32,000 bases of DNA from Promethearchaeum syntrophicum (GTDB lineage: Archaea; Asgardarchaeota; Lokiarchaeia; Sigyniarchaeales; Promethearchaeaceae): NCBI RefSeq assembly GCF_008000775.2, contig NZ_CP042905.2:2340001-2372000 (forward strand), written 5' to 3'. Positions 7,851 to 18,174 of this stretch are shown in pieces. The notes beneath the pieces were generated by a model that ran no database searches, was not told the origin of the DNA, and saw nothing but the letters and a program-made list of their open reading frames with translations. The first letter of the stretch is position 1. Each line of letters starts with the position of its first letter. The position numbers and the translations under genes were made by a program.

Positions 7851-8360
7851 GTGAGAATTATTAACGAAGAATTAATTCCCAAAGAGAAAGAGTTTATTAT
7901 TTATAATGGGGGAATAATATTTGCTTTATTATTACCGATATTATTCAAAATTGATGATTATATCCCAAAAGAACTACAAGTTTTTTTTATTTTGGCATTT
8001 AATATGTTATTTATCTCATTTAATTTGGTTTTTCTACGGGCTATAATTCGATTTAAAGGGGGGTTTTTTTTACAAGGAATTTTTTTAACTTTCACTTTTG
8101 GAATGATTTTTCTATCTTCTCTTATATTAGTATATATTTCCCAATTGGATCCAGATACTTCTCGAGTTTCCTTAATTATAACAGGAGTAGGTTTAGCATT
8201 TCCAATTATTAATGCAATTTCTGCAATAGGGAAATTCTTTTTCGAATATATTTTAATTAAAAGTATTCAAAATGTAAGAAATTCAATTAAAAACAAGGAA
8301 AAACATAAAAACACCTTAAAGATTCTTGATTATTTTGAAAAATTTTTATCAAAATCATAA
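7851..8360 (+). CDS. Integral membrane protein, uncharacterised
   Basis: 169 aa ORF with GTG start (MRIINEEL...) and multiple hydrophobic segments (GGIIFALLLPILF, VFFILAFNMLFISFNLVFL, GIFLTFTFGMIFLSSLILVYI, LIITGVGLAFPIINAI), 102 bp upstream of the OLD-family gene. Confidence 0.6.
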   Translation: MRIINEELIPKEKEFIIYNGGIIFALLLPILFKIDDYIPKELQVFFILAFNMLFISFNLVFLRAIIRFKGGFFLQGIFLTFTFGMIFLSSLILVYISQLDPDTSRVSLIITGVGLAFPIINAISAIGKFFFEYILIKSIQNVRNSIKNKEKHKNTLKILDYFEKFLSKS

Positions 8361-8462
8361 TCGAAATAATTTTTCTAAAACACAATTATACCAAAAAGAT
8401 ATTTCAGAAAATTCATATGTAAAAATGAAAAATAGAATACAATTAACTCAAGTTGGCAAATT

Positions 8463-10610
8463 ATGAAAATCAAACATATTAAAATACAAGGGTATCGATC
8501 TTTAGACAATTTTTCAATAAATCTTTCTGATTATACTGTTATTGTAGGTAAAAACAATGCAGGAAAGTCAAATCTACTTTCTGCGATTAATTCTTTTTAT
8601 CATCCAAAATTATTAACAATAAACGACGCAACTCGCAATGGATTAGGAGATATAATTCGTAGTGAAATTTCAATAAAACTAACCTTTGACAAATTGTTGG
8701 ATTCAGAAAAGCAAAACAATCAGAAATATGTAGAAAACAATCAAATAATTGTTGAATTAGTTGCAAAAGTGAGGGATGAAGAAGATAAAATTGTAGAAAA
8801 ATTGAAACCTGAGCATCATGGATACATAAAGAAATATGATTATGAATTTAGTGATTCAATTGAGTCAAAGATAAGAGAATTAGTTTGTTCTGAAACTGTT
8901 CCATCACAAGATGTTGTTAGGGATGTTCCAATTCTCAATATTATTGCACAAGTTGAAGCTCCGAGTGGTAGAATAACTAAAGAAAGATGGAATAATATCT
9001 TAACGAAATTTATTGATCAAGTACCAGGTATCCGAAAAATTCCAAAGATAGTAAGGGATGATGATCATAAATATCAAGGATTTATCGGCTCTAATTCGGC
9101 CGAAAACAGTGGGAGATGTCTTTTTATTCCTGCTATATTAAATCCATCAGAAAACTTAGATGAAACCAAACAAAATAGTCAAATTTATCGATTAGTATCA
9201 TCTTTGATGAATAAATCTATACCCCAACCATTAGAAGATGAATTTTCAAATTTTGTGGAAAAATTAAATAACGAAAGGGATTCAACTCGCCAAGATCTCA
9301 TTGACCGTTTTGATGAAGAATTAAGGGTCTGGGATACGAAAATTGATATTACTTTAGATAAACCCTCACTTGAGAATGCCTTACCTGTAGCTTTCAAAAT
9401 TAACTTCAACGATGGTGTTCCTACTGATTTAAGACATAAGGGCACAGGTTTACAGAGATATATATTCTTTAAATTCTTGAAAATTTATAATGAATTAATG
9501 CAAGATTCGGAAATTTCTTTAATACTCTTATTTGAAGAACCAGAAGCTCATCTGCATCCCCACTTCCAAAGAGAAATAGCTGAAATCATTGAGGGTTTAA
9601 AATCATCTCTTATCCATCATTATCAAATCATTCTTACAACACATTCACCTCAATTTATCGATGTAACTCGGATGGAGAATCTCTATCGTTTTAGTCGTCT
9701 TGATAATCATTGCACTGATTCCGAAAATTGCTTCTTAGATTTATCTAATATTAATGACAAATTAAAAACTGCATATTTCTTTAATCCTCATGTTCGAGAA
9801 GTTTTTTTTGCTGACAAGGTCATATTGGTTGAAGGAATTAGCGAAATTCAATTCTTTGAATATCTAAAAAATCAAGGTGTAATTTCATTCTCAAATTGTT
9901 CGATTATTGGAATGGGAGGTAAGCAAAATTATCGTTATTTCATACCTATTTTAAATGCTGCAAAAATTCCTTATTGCATTGTTGTAGATGAAGATCCCTA
10001 TTTTGAACCGCATTACAAAATAAAAAATGAAAATTCTTTAAGACTAAAAAGGAGGGATTATTTGATTACGAAAGATATTCTAAACAAAATAGATTCTAAC
10101 TTAGGAAAATTGTGTGTAATTTCCCCCGATTTTGATACCTTGATTGGTACTTCTAAGAATCAACTATCAAGTAGAGGAAAACATATTGCTACAAACTACA
10201 GATTAAAAAAAATATATACATCTGCTTTACCAGATTTTTCAAGTAAGAAAAATGAGTTGGAAACAATAGCTAAAAAAATACTAAATTTTGAGACGATTTC
10301 AGATCAATCAATTCAATTTCCAGGAGAGAATCTTTGGACTCCAGTTGATCAAAATGCTGTGTCTTTAACTGAAATTAATGAAAAATATATCGTAACGAAA
10401 TTAATTGGAGCTATAAAGAATTGGAAAAATTCAATTAAAACATTTACTCCTATTCAAGCGAAAAATTTTCTGATTGAATTGCGTAAACAAACACAAACGC
10501 ATTTAGCTGATCTAAGCAAAAAATTCAGAAAACCTTTGGATGCAGTCTCAGAAAAACATAAATCCACGCAAACTAAATTAGGTAATTTTATTCGTAAAAA
10601 AGATATCTAA
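8463..10610 (+). CDS. OLD-family ATP-dependent endonuclease (AAA ATPase + TOPRIM)
   Basis: 715 aa: MKIKHIKIQGYRSLDNFSINLSDYTVIVGKNNAGKSNLLSAI (Walker A), LILLFEEPEAHLHPHFQREIAEII (Walker B/D-loop), IILTTHSPQFID, TOPRIM VILVEGISEIQFFEYL...GGKQNYRYFIPIL...IPYCIVVDEDP. Confidence 0.93.
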   Translation: MKIKHIKIQGYRSLDNFSINLSDYTVIVGKNNAGKSNLLSAINSFYHPKLLTINDATRNGLGDIIRSEISIKLTFDKLLDSEKQNNQKYVENNQIIVELVAKVRDEEDKIVEKLKPEHHGYIKKYDYEFSDSIESKIRELVCSETVPSQDVVRDVPILNIIAQVEAPSGRITKERWNNILTKFIDQVPGIRKIPKIVRDDDHKYQGFIGSNSAENSGRCLFIPAILNPSENLDETKQNSQIYRLVSSLMNKSIPQPLEDEFSNFVEKLNNERDSTRQDLIDRFDEELRVWDTKIDITLDKPSLENALPVAFKINFNDGVPTDLRHKGTGLQRYIFFKFLKIYNELMQDSEISLILLFEEPEAHLHPHFQREIAEIIEGLKSSLIHHYQIILTTHSPQFIDVTRMENLYRFSRLDNHCTDSENCFLDLSNINDKLKTAYFFNPHVREVFFADKVILVEGISEIQFFEYLKNQGVISFSNCSIIGMGGKQNYRYFIPILNAAKIPYCIVVDEDPYFEPHYKIKNENSLRLKRRDYLITKDILNKIDSNLGKLCVISPDFDTLIGTSKNQLSSRGKHIATNYRLKKIYTSALPDFSSKKNELETIAKKILNFETISDQSIQFPGENLWTPVDQNAVSLTEINEKYIVTKLIGAIKNWKNSIKTFTPIQAKNFLIELRKQTQTHLADLSKKFRKPLDAVSEKHKSTQTKLGNFIRKKDI

Positions 10611-10650
10611 TAAGCCATTCGATTCTGGCAAATTAAATGGTGGAAACTAA

Positions 10651-10745
10651 AAAGAAAACTTAAGAAAACTTAAGAAAACTTAAGAAAACTTAAGAAAACT
10701 TAAGAAAACTTAAGAAAACTTAAGAAAACTTAAGAAAACTAGAAA
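10651..10745. repeat. 10-bp tandem repeat, unit TAAGAAAACT
   Basis: Eight perfect copies at 10661-10740 preceded by a one-mismatch copy (aaagaaaact, 10651-10660) and followed by a partial agaaact. Confidence 0.95.
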
Positions 10746-10916
10746 CTTAGAGATGCATAGATTAACTTGTTATCTCATGAAAAAAATTGAAATTAATTAC
10801 ATTTGTTATTAGAATTTCATTACCCCGAGCTTCAACGAAAAAATTCGTGCTAATCCCAATTTTCAACACGAAAAAATTCGTTAAAATACCTTAAATCGCA
10901 CCGCGACAAGTGATAG

Positions 10917-11285
10917 TTGGTGACAAATGTGAACGCAATGTATGTATTCATCGTTGGGCTGGTGTTATGCGCCCTTGGTATCTTGATGATCTTTGGTCAA
11001 CCGAGTTTCCTCCTTGCGAGATATGAATGGTTTCAAAAATTGTTCCGAAAAACCATGACGAGTGCGAATCGAAAATCACTCTCGAAATTTTATGCCATCA
11101 TGTTTTTGGTGACTGGAATCCCCCTCAGTATTGGCGCCATCGTCGGTTATATTCTACCCGATACCTTCGAATTGGTTTCTCTTTGGTTAGTGTTGGCGGT
11201 GGGGGTAATCGGGATTAATCTTGCCCTTTTTATCAATGTCAGTAAACGATTTATTATATATGAGGGAACAACTCCTTCTGATTAA
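10917..11285 (+). CDS. Small integral membrane protein (possible DUF3784-like)
   Basis: 122 aa, starts MVTNVNAMYVFIVGLVLCALGILMIF (start may be internal Met), three hydrophobic segments. Confidence 0.5.
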   Translation: MVTNVNAMYVFIVGLVLCALGILMIFGQPSFLLARYEWFQKLFRKTMTSANRKSLSKFYAIMFLVTGIPLSIGAIVGYILPDTFELVSLWLVLAVGVIGINLALFINVSKRFIIYEGTTPSD

Positions 11286-11388
11286 TCTCTTCATTTTTTT
11301 TGTACCAATCAATTCCCCTAGCGATAATGATTGAACTCATTCCAATCAATAATGTTTAATAACTGAATTTTATTAACTCTAAAGTAAG

Positions 11389-13374
11389 ATGGCAGAAGAA
11401 GTTAACCGATCCAAGTTTAGTCCAATTCAACAGCTCGTCCTCAATCGGTTAAACCACCAGTACATGCAGTTTGATGATGATGAAACGATTTTATGTGCCA
11501 AATATGTATATGAAATTCCGTTATTTAATCGGTATTGGTTTTATGGTATGTTTTATGGATTATTTTTATTATTTATCGGCCCTCCCTTCTTGTATGTACA
11601 TCTGAACAACGTGAATATGTTCTACCTATATGATATTTTACTCGGTTGTATACTTATTCTCGGATTTTATCCCGCAATGAAACTTAAAAATATCTTAACC
11701 ACGATTACCCTATATATTTTTACAAATAAAGCAACTTATCTGCTCACTCTTTCCCGAAAAGCGGCAACTCCCGAAAAATTAAAGCACCAAGACCTCGATT
11801 ATTGTAATTGTTTTGTAAGACCGAAGCCTTTAAACAAGAAGAAGTATATCTATCGATGTGTCTTCGGAGTGAATTATAAAGATAGTGTGCGCTTTGATTG
11901 TAAAACCCTCACAGAATTTCAATTCTTTAAAAATGTGCTTCAACAGATTTATTTTCGGAATGCCAAACTTTTTCAAAACTCACCCGTAGCTCTCAAAGAA
12001 TTTCCGCATATAGAACAATATAAACAAAACATGATCTTTAAGCCTGAAAAAGTTAAGATTAAAAAAGCAACCAGGATGAAACGTAATAATCCATTTTATA
12101 TTATTTTCTCTCTTATCGGGGGAATTATTGGGATATATAAGCTAAGTATCTTCATTTGGGAGTTAGCCCAGCAAGAAAGTGATTCCTATGTTATGTTTAT
12201 CTTTGTTTTTCTTGGAGTCTTCTTAGTTTTCTCGGTTATTATGGTTATTTTTGATAATTGGAGATATGCTGTGAGGTATCTAAAATCAAACAGAGATCAT
12301 CAAATTGAATTAACTAAGGACCAAATTAAACGAATAATCAACCCAAAAGATCAAGATTTAGATGAACAAGATGTTCATATCCTGCCCTTTAAACAAGATT
12401 TGACTTATGAAACATTTGAAACACGGCCTCGTCGATCTCCCTGGGTAGGAAGTACCAACGACAAATCGTATAAATTAACATATTTCACTCCATCTTTATC
12501 TATAGAAGATATTGTGGAACTTGATGATATAGATGATTTTCAATATGGATTTCAATGGAAATATTATCACTGGCTTGAAGAACAGAACTATTTCTTAGAA
12601 GATCACACAATTGAGAGTGCTTTTGCGAACCTGACACCAAATGACTTCAATGAAACATTAAAACGGGCTTTATTACTCGCTCATGATGCTTATTCTGAAC
12701 GAAATCAAACTTATCTTTCGCAAATTCAACAACATCAACAAAATCAACCAAGAGAAAAATCTTACGAAAACCATAGTATAAAGCACAATCTCTATCCACT
12801 AAATGATTATCGAAAAAATTTAGAAGAAAATGATGAAATTCAAAGCATTTTTCGATCAGGATTAAGCTTTAAAGAATATCTAGATATGAACAAAGTTAAA
12901 CGGGTTGGAATAATTCTCGGATTTCTCATTATAGATGTGCTCATATTTGGGGTTTTGAATAATCAAGGTTTGCTTGATGATATCGGCAATTTTATGTATA
13001 TTTTTACGCCACTCCTGTTTTTTGGTATCTTGGGTATTATGGCAATTCTGATTCTAATCTATTATGTTATTTTTGGGGCTAATCTCAATTACTTTGATTA
13101 TTTAAGTGATAAAAAGCAAGAATACGTACTTACAAATAAAACAATTCAAATTCGTGATCGCTATGATTTTATGGTAATCCCATTTGAAAAAATCAAAAAA
13201 GTTGTCTATACAAAACCCACGAGCTATTATGTCCCGAAAATTATGATTTTTCTCAATGTAGATTCTCTGAATGTGAAAGAAAGGGAACCCTTAAAAAAAG
13301 TTATGTTGAAAACGGTTCCATTGAAATCTCCGATTTTTAAAGCATTGATTGAAATTGGGATGGTATTAGGATAA
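11389..13374 (+). CDS. Large uncharacterised membrane protein with two hydrophobic pairs and PH-like/bPH-type strands
   Basis: 661 aa ORF; RYWFYGMFYGLFLLFIGPPFLYVHL, YIIFSLIGGIIGIYKL, VFLGVFLVFSVIMVIF, ILLLFFGILGIMAILILIYYVIF; KEYVLTNKTIQIRDRYDFMVIPFEKIKKVVY resembles a bacterial PH-type segment. Confidence 0.75.
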   Translation: MAEEVNRSKFSPIQQLVLNRLNHQYMQFDDDETILCAKYVYEIPLFNRYWFYGMFYGLFLLFIGPPFLYVHLNNVNMFYLYDILLGCILILGFYPAMKLKNILTTITLYIFTNKATYLLTLSRKAATPEKLKHQDLDYCNCFVRPKPLNKKKYIYRCVFGVNYKDSVRFDCKTLTEFQFFKNVLQQIYFRNAKLFQNSPVALKEFPHIEQYKQNMIFKPEKVKIKKATRMKRNNPFYIIFSLIGGIIGIYKLSIFIWELAQQESDSYVMFIFVFLGVFLVFSVIMVIFDNWRYAVRYLKSNRDHQIELTKDQIKRIINPKDQDLDEQDVHILPFKQDLTYETFETRPRRSPWVGSTNDKSYKLTYFTPSLSIEDIVELDDIDDFQYGFQWKYYHWLEEQNYFLEDHTIESAFANLTPNDFNETLKRALLLAHDAYSERNQTYLSQIQQHQQNQPREKSYENHSIKHNLYPLNDYRKNLEENDEIQSIFRSGLSFKEYLDMNKVKRVGIILGFLIIDVLIFGVLNNQGLLDDIGNFMYIFTPLLFFGILGIMAILILIYYVIFGANLNYFDYLSDKKQEYVLTNKTIQIRDRYDFMVIPFEKIKKVVYTKPTSYYVPKIMIFLNVDSLNVKEREPLKKVMLKTVPLKSPIFKALIEIGMVLG

Positions 13375-14286
13375 TTTTTTGGCTAATGTTCTAAGGACTG
13401 AGGACAATTTTGATTACGATCAAATAAATTTTTCCGTGTCAAAACACCTAAGCTGATAATTATTGAATTGGGTTCGGATTCTGATGAGCACTACTGAATG
13501 ACACCGTGAAAAAATATTGAATCGAATAAAACCAGGAAATACATGAGAAGAAAAAAATCATCCCAAGTTAAAATTTAGTTTTCGTTGGTTCTGAGAAAAA
13601 AAATATTATCCGCTATACGCTCTCGCGTTTTTTTTCGAGGTTAATAAGGATTGATGGTTGATTTGGCGTCGTATTTCATTGTCATGTTGTTGATCAAGGA
13701 GTTCTTGATCAAGCCGTCGATTTTCTTCGGATATCCATTGTGTTTGTGCTTGTATCATATAATTCAACTCGTAAATAAAGATTGTCAAACGCCGAAAAAC
13801 GGTTGTTTGATGATTATTTAAAATTTAGAAAAATTATCTTAGGTTAATAAATTCAAGCTATCTATTAAACTTTGCGAGATTTCTTCTTTTTTTCTCAATC
13901 TTTATATTTTTTAAGGCAGAGATCGTGCTTTTTTTAACAAGATAATCTTCATATCGAAATCTAAAAACTATTTCCAATGATCCATACTTATAGTCTTATG
14001 ATCCCATTTTCTCCATTTTTGGTCAAAAATCAAGAATAAATGATCCATTTTGCGATGATTCACAGGGAGAAAGTCCGATCGTGGATCTTTTAGCAAGTGG
14101 CTTCCAAAAAAATTATTTTTACTTTTTATAAGCCACCTACCACGCTATCACCTTCCCTATTTGGCAGGAGTTGTGAGTCATACAAGTTTTTGAATAAAAA
14201 TCGCCTATATGATTAGAAATCTGAAAAAATTTCAGTTTCCTTTTGGTTTATTGTTTTTCACAATTGGATGGCATTTTCTATCAAAA

Positions 14287-15027
14287 TCAACAATTTTTTT
14301 TTAATCTACAAATTTCAATTTCTTCATCTATAAACATATCATAATGATTTTTCCGTAAATAAACTTGAAGAAATCCAAGTGCTCGTTGCCGATCTTTTCC
14401 AGAAATAAACATTTTTCCCAATTCTACTTGTAGGAGGTCTTTATGGAAAAATTTATAATATTGATATTCTTCCTCTTCACCGGGATATTTTGTAGACATT
14501 TGAAGAAGCGGGTCCTTAACAATATATAACCGTAGTCTATAATCTCTACTTTCTATTTTGATAAATAATCCAAAAAAATCTTTATTCCCCGTCATTGTAT
14601 CAATTTTTCCTTCTTTTCGGTTAGTGTAATAGATTTTAACACCAGATTTTGATAAAATAACTCGAGTAGGCTCTTTTTTTTTAGGTGGAGGGATCAGTAA
14701 AGCTAAAATATCTAGTAACTTACTTCCCAATAACATACATATAAACAAGGCAAGAATAACAAATCCCATCAAAATACCGGAAAGGGTGGGAAAGTCATCC
14801 ATAACTTGACCAGGAGTTAAAAAAAGGTTAAACTTTTCAAAAAATAATAAAGGAGAGAATAGTAAATGATAATATGAATCACTTAATAAACCCGTAATTC
14901 CCGCTACTAAGTCAATCATAAGATATATGAAAATAAGTAACAAGAATACTCGAAGAAATAGTTTTTTGAGAGGATAAGTATAAATTGAGATTGAATCGGT
15001 AGTTATTGAGTCTGTATCAATTGGCAT
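14287..15027 (-). CDS. Uncharacterised membrane protein
   Basis: 246 aa ORF, four hydrophobic segments (LFLRVFLLLIFIYLMIDLV, LFFEKF, LSGILMGFVILALFICMLL) and a soluble C-terminus. Confidence 0.65.
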   Translation of the reverse strand: MPIDTDSITTDSISIYTYPLKKLFLRVFLLLIFIYLMIDLVAGITGLLSDSYYHLLFSPLLFFEKFNLFLTPGQVMDDFPTLSGILMGFVILALFICMLLGSKLLDILALLIPPPKKKEPTRVILSKSGVKIYYTNRKEGKIDTMTGNKDFFGLFIKIESRDYRLRLYIVKDPLLQMSTKYPGEEEEYQYYKFFHKDLLQVELGKMFISGKDRQRALGFLQVYLRKNHYDMFIDEEIEICRLKKNC

Positions 15028-15282
15028 ATGGAAATAAAATCTTAATTAATTTATAAAATTACCCGAAACATTCATTTTTTTGCTGATTAGACTTCTATAT
15101 AGTCACCTTGTTAAACATTTGATTAGGTTTGTATCGTATAAAACGATCTGGAATCTGTCGTGGAGGCTACCATGTAATTTCAGAATTTCTTACCGGTAAT
15201 TTTATTAAATCAGATCTTGAATGTCAAACGGTTTAAGCTTATAAAAGGAAGAAGTTGCAGAATAAAAATTTCTCAAAAAAAA

Positions 15283-15738
15283 TTACTTTTTCTTGGATTT
15301 TAAATGATCTCTCACAAAATCTTCAGGGTTTATAATGTCAAATTTATTTTCCCAATTAAAGTGCTTGATATTATACGTAATCAATTTATCAATTAAGGTT
15401 TCACATTCTGTTGCAATAATATAATCTCTAAAATGTTGCCTAAAGGGTAGGGTTCCTCGATTTTTATATGCATTTTCAATGATTCTTGAAGGTTCAAAAT
15501 TTTCCCACTTAATCATTTTACAATCAAATTTATCTAAATCTTCTTTAAATTTATTCCAATCTAAGTTTTTGGTTTTATAAAAATACCCCACTTCTAACTG
15601 AACAATAGTTGGTAAGTAAATTTCGAAATCCGTTGAATATAGGGTTAAATAATTAATGAAATCATAGTTTCTAAAAACATTAGAATCTAACGCAATTTTT
15701 GAAAAAACTATTTTTATTCCTCCAATCCTGTGATCCAT
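15283..15738 (-). CDS. PIN-domain toxin-like ribonuclease (VapC-like)
   Basis: 151 aa: IALDSNVFRNYDF (first acidic motif), PTIVQLEVGYF, FRDYIIATECETLIDKLITYNIKHF (RDYIIA.....L.TyN..HF), spaced as in PIN domains. Confidence 0.8.
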   Translation of the reverse strand: MDHRIGGIKIVFSKIALDSNVFRNYDFINYLTLYSTDFEIYLPTIVQLEVGYFYKTKNLDWNKFKEDLDKFDCKMIKWENFEPSRIIENAYKNRGTLPFRQHFRDYIIATECETLIDKLITYNIKHFNWENKFDIINPEDFVRDHLKSKKK

Positions 15739-16037
15739 TCACTTAATAGAAAATTATCAATAGTTTGAGACCCATTTTCCAATAATTTTTGATTTTTTTC
15801 ACGTTCTGGGAACCTTTTCCAGATTTTTTTAGTTGTTTCCTCTAATATTTCTGAAATATCAATATTATCGCTTATTGTCATTTTCTTCTTTGGATACTTA
15901 TTTTTAATCATTTTTTCTTCTAAATTTGCTATTGCCTTTTCAATTACTGCACTTTGTGGTATATCTAACAGTGCAGATAATTTTTTTATTTTTTTTCGGA
16001 GCTTCTGATCTACAGCAACAGTAGTTTTAGATGCCAT
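15714..16037 (-). CDS. Ribbon-helix-helix antitoxin-like protein overlapping the PIN gene
   Basis: 107 aa: MASKTTVAVDQKLRKKIKKLSALLDIPQSAVIEKAIANLEEKM (RHH-like start) and 25-bp overlap with the downstream PIN-domain ORF on the same strand. Confidence 0.75.
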   Translation of the reverse strand: MASKTTVAVDQKLRKKIKKLSALLDIPQSAVIEKAIANLEEKMIKNKYPKKKMTISDNIDISEILEETTKKIWKRFPEREKNQKLLENGSQTIDNFLLSEWITGLEE

Positions 16038-16651
16038 AATAATATAAAATAAATATTAATATAAAAATATATATTTATAATTCTAACCTGTTCCCCTTCA
16101 TATATTTTTTTTCCTAAACCTTAAAATATTGAAATATTTTTTTTTCCGTTTTAAAAACAAGCAATCGGAAAAGTCGAACTGAATATAGATTGTTTCCTCT
16201 TAAATTGAACCCACCAATTCCCTTCTTAAATGCGTATCACCATTAATTACGGAAATGAAATTTTTCTCAAAAATTATAAGATTTCACAGTTTCACATACT
16301 CTGAGTGATTGCGATCATCCGTAAACACATTGGTGAGTTGGAGCAAGGTAGTGACTAGAAACTGCTTGATAATTTTATTAAACCTTGTTCAGTCTAGAAA
16401 TCTGGATATTTAAGGGTATCACATTTGTAATACAAGAAGGGCGGTTCTCGAGGGGAATCGGTTGTGAAAAAATGCTCCTTCTTTCCAAGAAGCATAAGAG
16501 GATATCGTCTAGTTTATTTCTTTCTCTCATTAATTTTCTGTTTCAGATATTCATAATAAGGTTTTATTTTGGCAGATTCTTTCTTCAATTTATAGTAAAT
16601 GATTAGTGTAGGAATCATACCGAGAACGAATCCAATCCCTCCCCACAAAAT

Positions 16652-16945
16652 TTATTGTTGATTATCAAATAATAACCCACTTACTACATACAAACCACTA
16701 ACTATGTCAAAGATTACTAAACTTATTAGAAGAATGGTTACAAAAGCATTACCACTAAAAAAAGATTTTTTTTCTTGATATTCTTCATTTATGATTGCCC
16801 TTCTGCAGTGGTTACATATTCCACAGTCCATACATTCAAAACCAATGGTCCGATTGCATATCTCACATTTTGGAGGTTCTGCACCTGGAGTATGGGTAAT
16901 CTTATGACAATTTGGACAATCATACATCAGAAATTTGGTTTTCAT
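16652..16945 (-). CDS. Zinc-ribbon/two-TM small membrane protein
   Basis: 97 aa: DCPNCHKITH...PKCEICNRTIGFECMDCGICNHCRRA followed by NAFVTILLISLVIFDIVSGLYVVSGLL. Confidence 0.6.
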   Translation of the reverse strand: MKTKFLMYDCPNCHKITHTPGAEPPKCEICNRTIGFECMDCGICNHCRRAIINEEYQEKKSFFSGNAFVTILLISLVIFDIVSGLYVVSGLLFDNQQ

Positions 16946-17012
16946 AAAAAAAAAACTAGTTCTGTAGTAATAAAAGATTTGTTATGTATTGCATTAACAA
17001 CTCAAACATATG

Positions 17013-17822
17013 TTACTCCTTTTTTGGCACATTTTTACCTTCCCCACTCCAAGAAATAACTATGAGGATTGAAAGCACCAAAAAAAGTATCGTTCTGATA
17101 AGGGCTATGCGGGGAGAGGGTCCAAATAATTCTCCCGCTATGTTATTCGCAAAATGGGCAATCATCGCGGATATAAGGCTATATTTCGTTTTCTTGAACA
17201 GATAGGTAATAAGAAACGTAAATAGAAACGCTTGACTTAAATATATGTAAAAATCGGGGGTAAACAGACCTAATCCGTTTTGGTATGTGCCAGAAATAAA
17301 AAACAAGGGGATATGCCAGCATGCCCAGAGTAATCCTAAAATGCTACTCGAAACAAACGGAGTTGTGGATTGTAGTAATTTCGGTAACGCAAATGCTCGC
17401 CACCCAAATTCTTCAATCAAAATCGCGACAATCCCAAATCCCAGGATTGTGAAAAGTCCAAGGGGCTCTAGAAAAACTCCAATTATATTATCAAATTGAG
17501 TGGTATACCCGAAAAATACAATATCAAGAAGAATTGCTATACAGACAATTACAATCGGACCGAAAAATGCAATGAGCCCCCAAATCCATGAGAAGCGTTT
17601 TATGTCAGTAAATCTCCTCCAATATTCTGTCCGGTCTAGGTTTTCTTCCTGGAATGAAAGAATGATACCTACCGCCGATGGCGCAATTCCTCCAAGAGCA
17701 TAGAGAAGGAAAAAATACCAGGTTGCAAGAGATCCTTTCAACAAGATTGTTAACCCCCAAAAACTCCAGCTCCAGCAATATGTGAATAAGAAAAAGTAAA
17801 ATATTTTTTTTATCTGTGCCAT
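17013..17822 (-). CDS. CPBP-family intramembrane metalloprotease (CAAX/Abi family)
   Basis: ORF track start 17957, but MAQIKKIFYF at 17822 is the likelier start. Motifs EEFGWRAFALP, WACWHIPLFF, HFANN/AGE. Confidence 0.85.
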   Translation of the reverse strand: MAQIKKIFYFFLFTYCWSWSFWGLTILLKGSLATWYFFLLYALGGIAPSAVGIILSFQEENLDRTEYWRRFTDIKRFSWIWGLIAFFGPIVIVCIAILLDIVFFGYTTQFDNIIGVFLEPLGLFTILGFGIVAILIEEFGWRAFALPKLLQSTTPFVSSSILGLLWACWHIPLFFISGTYQNGLGLFTPDFYIYLSQAFLFTFLITYLFKKTKYSLISAMIAHFANNIAGELFGPSPRIALIRTILFLVLSILIVISWSGEGKNVPKKE

Positions 17823-18174
17823 GCATGAATATTCGAGATATTTATTGAAAAATGTTATGTAATAATTTTTTACGCGATAAAGTGAATAGGGTATGAAAAT
17901 CCTATTTGATCTAGTTGGAGATGGATTCGATATTTTATCTCTCAACCAGATTATCATACTCTTTGAACTTCAATTTTTAGTGGTATTTACTATTAACCAG
18001 AAATGCAAGCAAAAATTGAAAAGTCTTGGAAACCGCATTTATATAGTATTTATTCCCTTCTCCTATATTTCGTTCACAGAATCCATTACACCAAGAGTTC
18101 AGCACAAGCAAAACCGACCTGATAATTTGAATTATGAGAACTATAAAAGAGAGAAGTCAAAGAGAATTACCGTT

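Noticed and set aside
8463-10610. Gabija (GajAB) or a retron/PARIS-type system
   Set aside because: The OLD-family protein resembles GajA in general layout, but no UvrD-like helicase, reverse transcriptase or other diagnostic partner is in the window.
10651-10745. Possible CRISPR array
   Set aside because: The repeat unit is 10 bp with no spacers; it is a simple tandem repeat. No CRISPR-like repeat/spacer alternation or cas gene was seen anywhere in the window.
10809-10837. Possible third remnant of the acs 3' end (ttattagaattt...ccgagctt, as at the ends of the intact acs and the 6224 fragment)
   Set aside because: Only about 20 matching bases with indels; too short to separate from chance. 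A local alignment with statistics would be needed.
14220-14236. Small hairpin CTGAAA-AAA-TTTCAG downstream of the 14287..15027 gene
   Set aside because: Weak 6-bp AT-rich stem without a following T-tract in the right direction; common by chance in AT-rich DNA.
16385-16606. Plus-strand ORF 16385..16606 (73 aa)
   Set aside because: No domain pattern, composition driven by AT-rich intergenic DNA; not supportable as a gene without expression or homologs.
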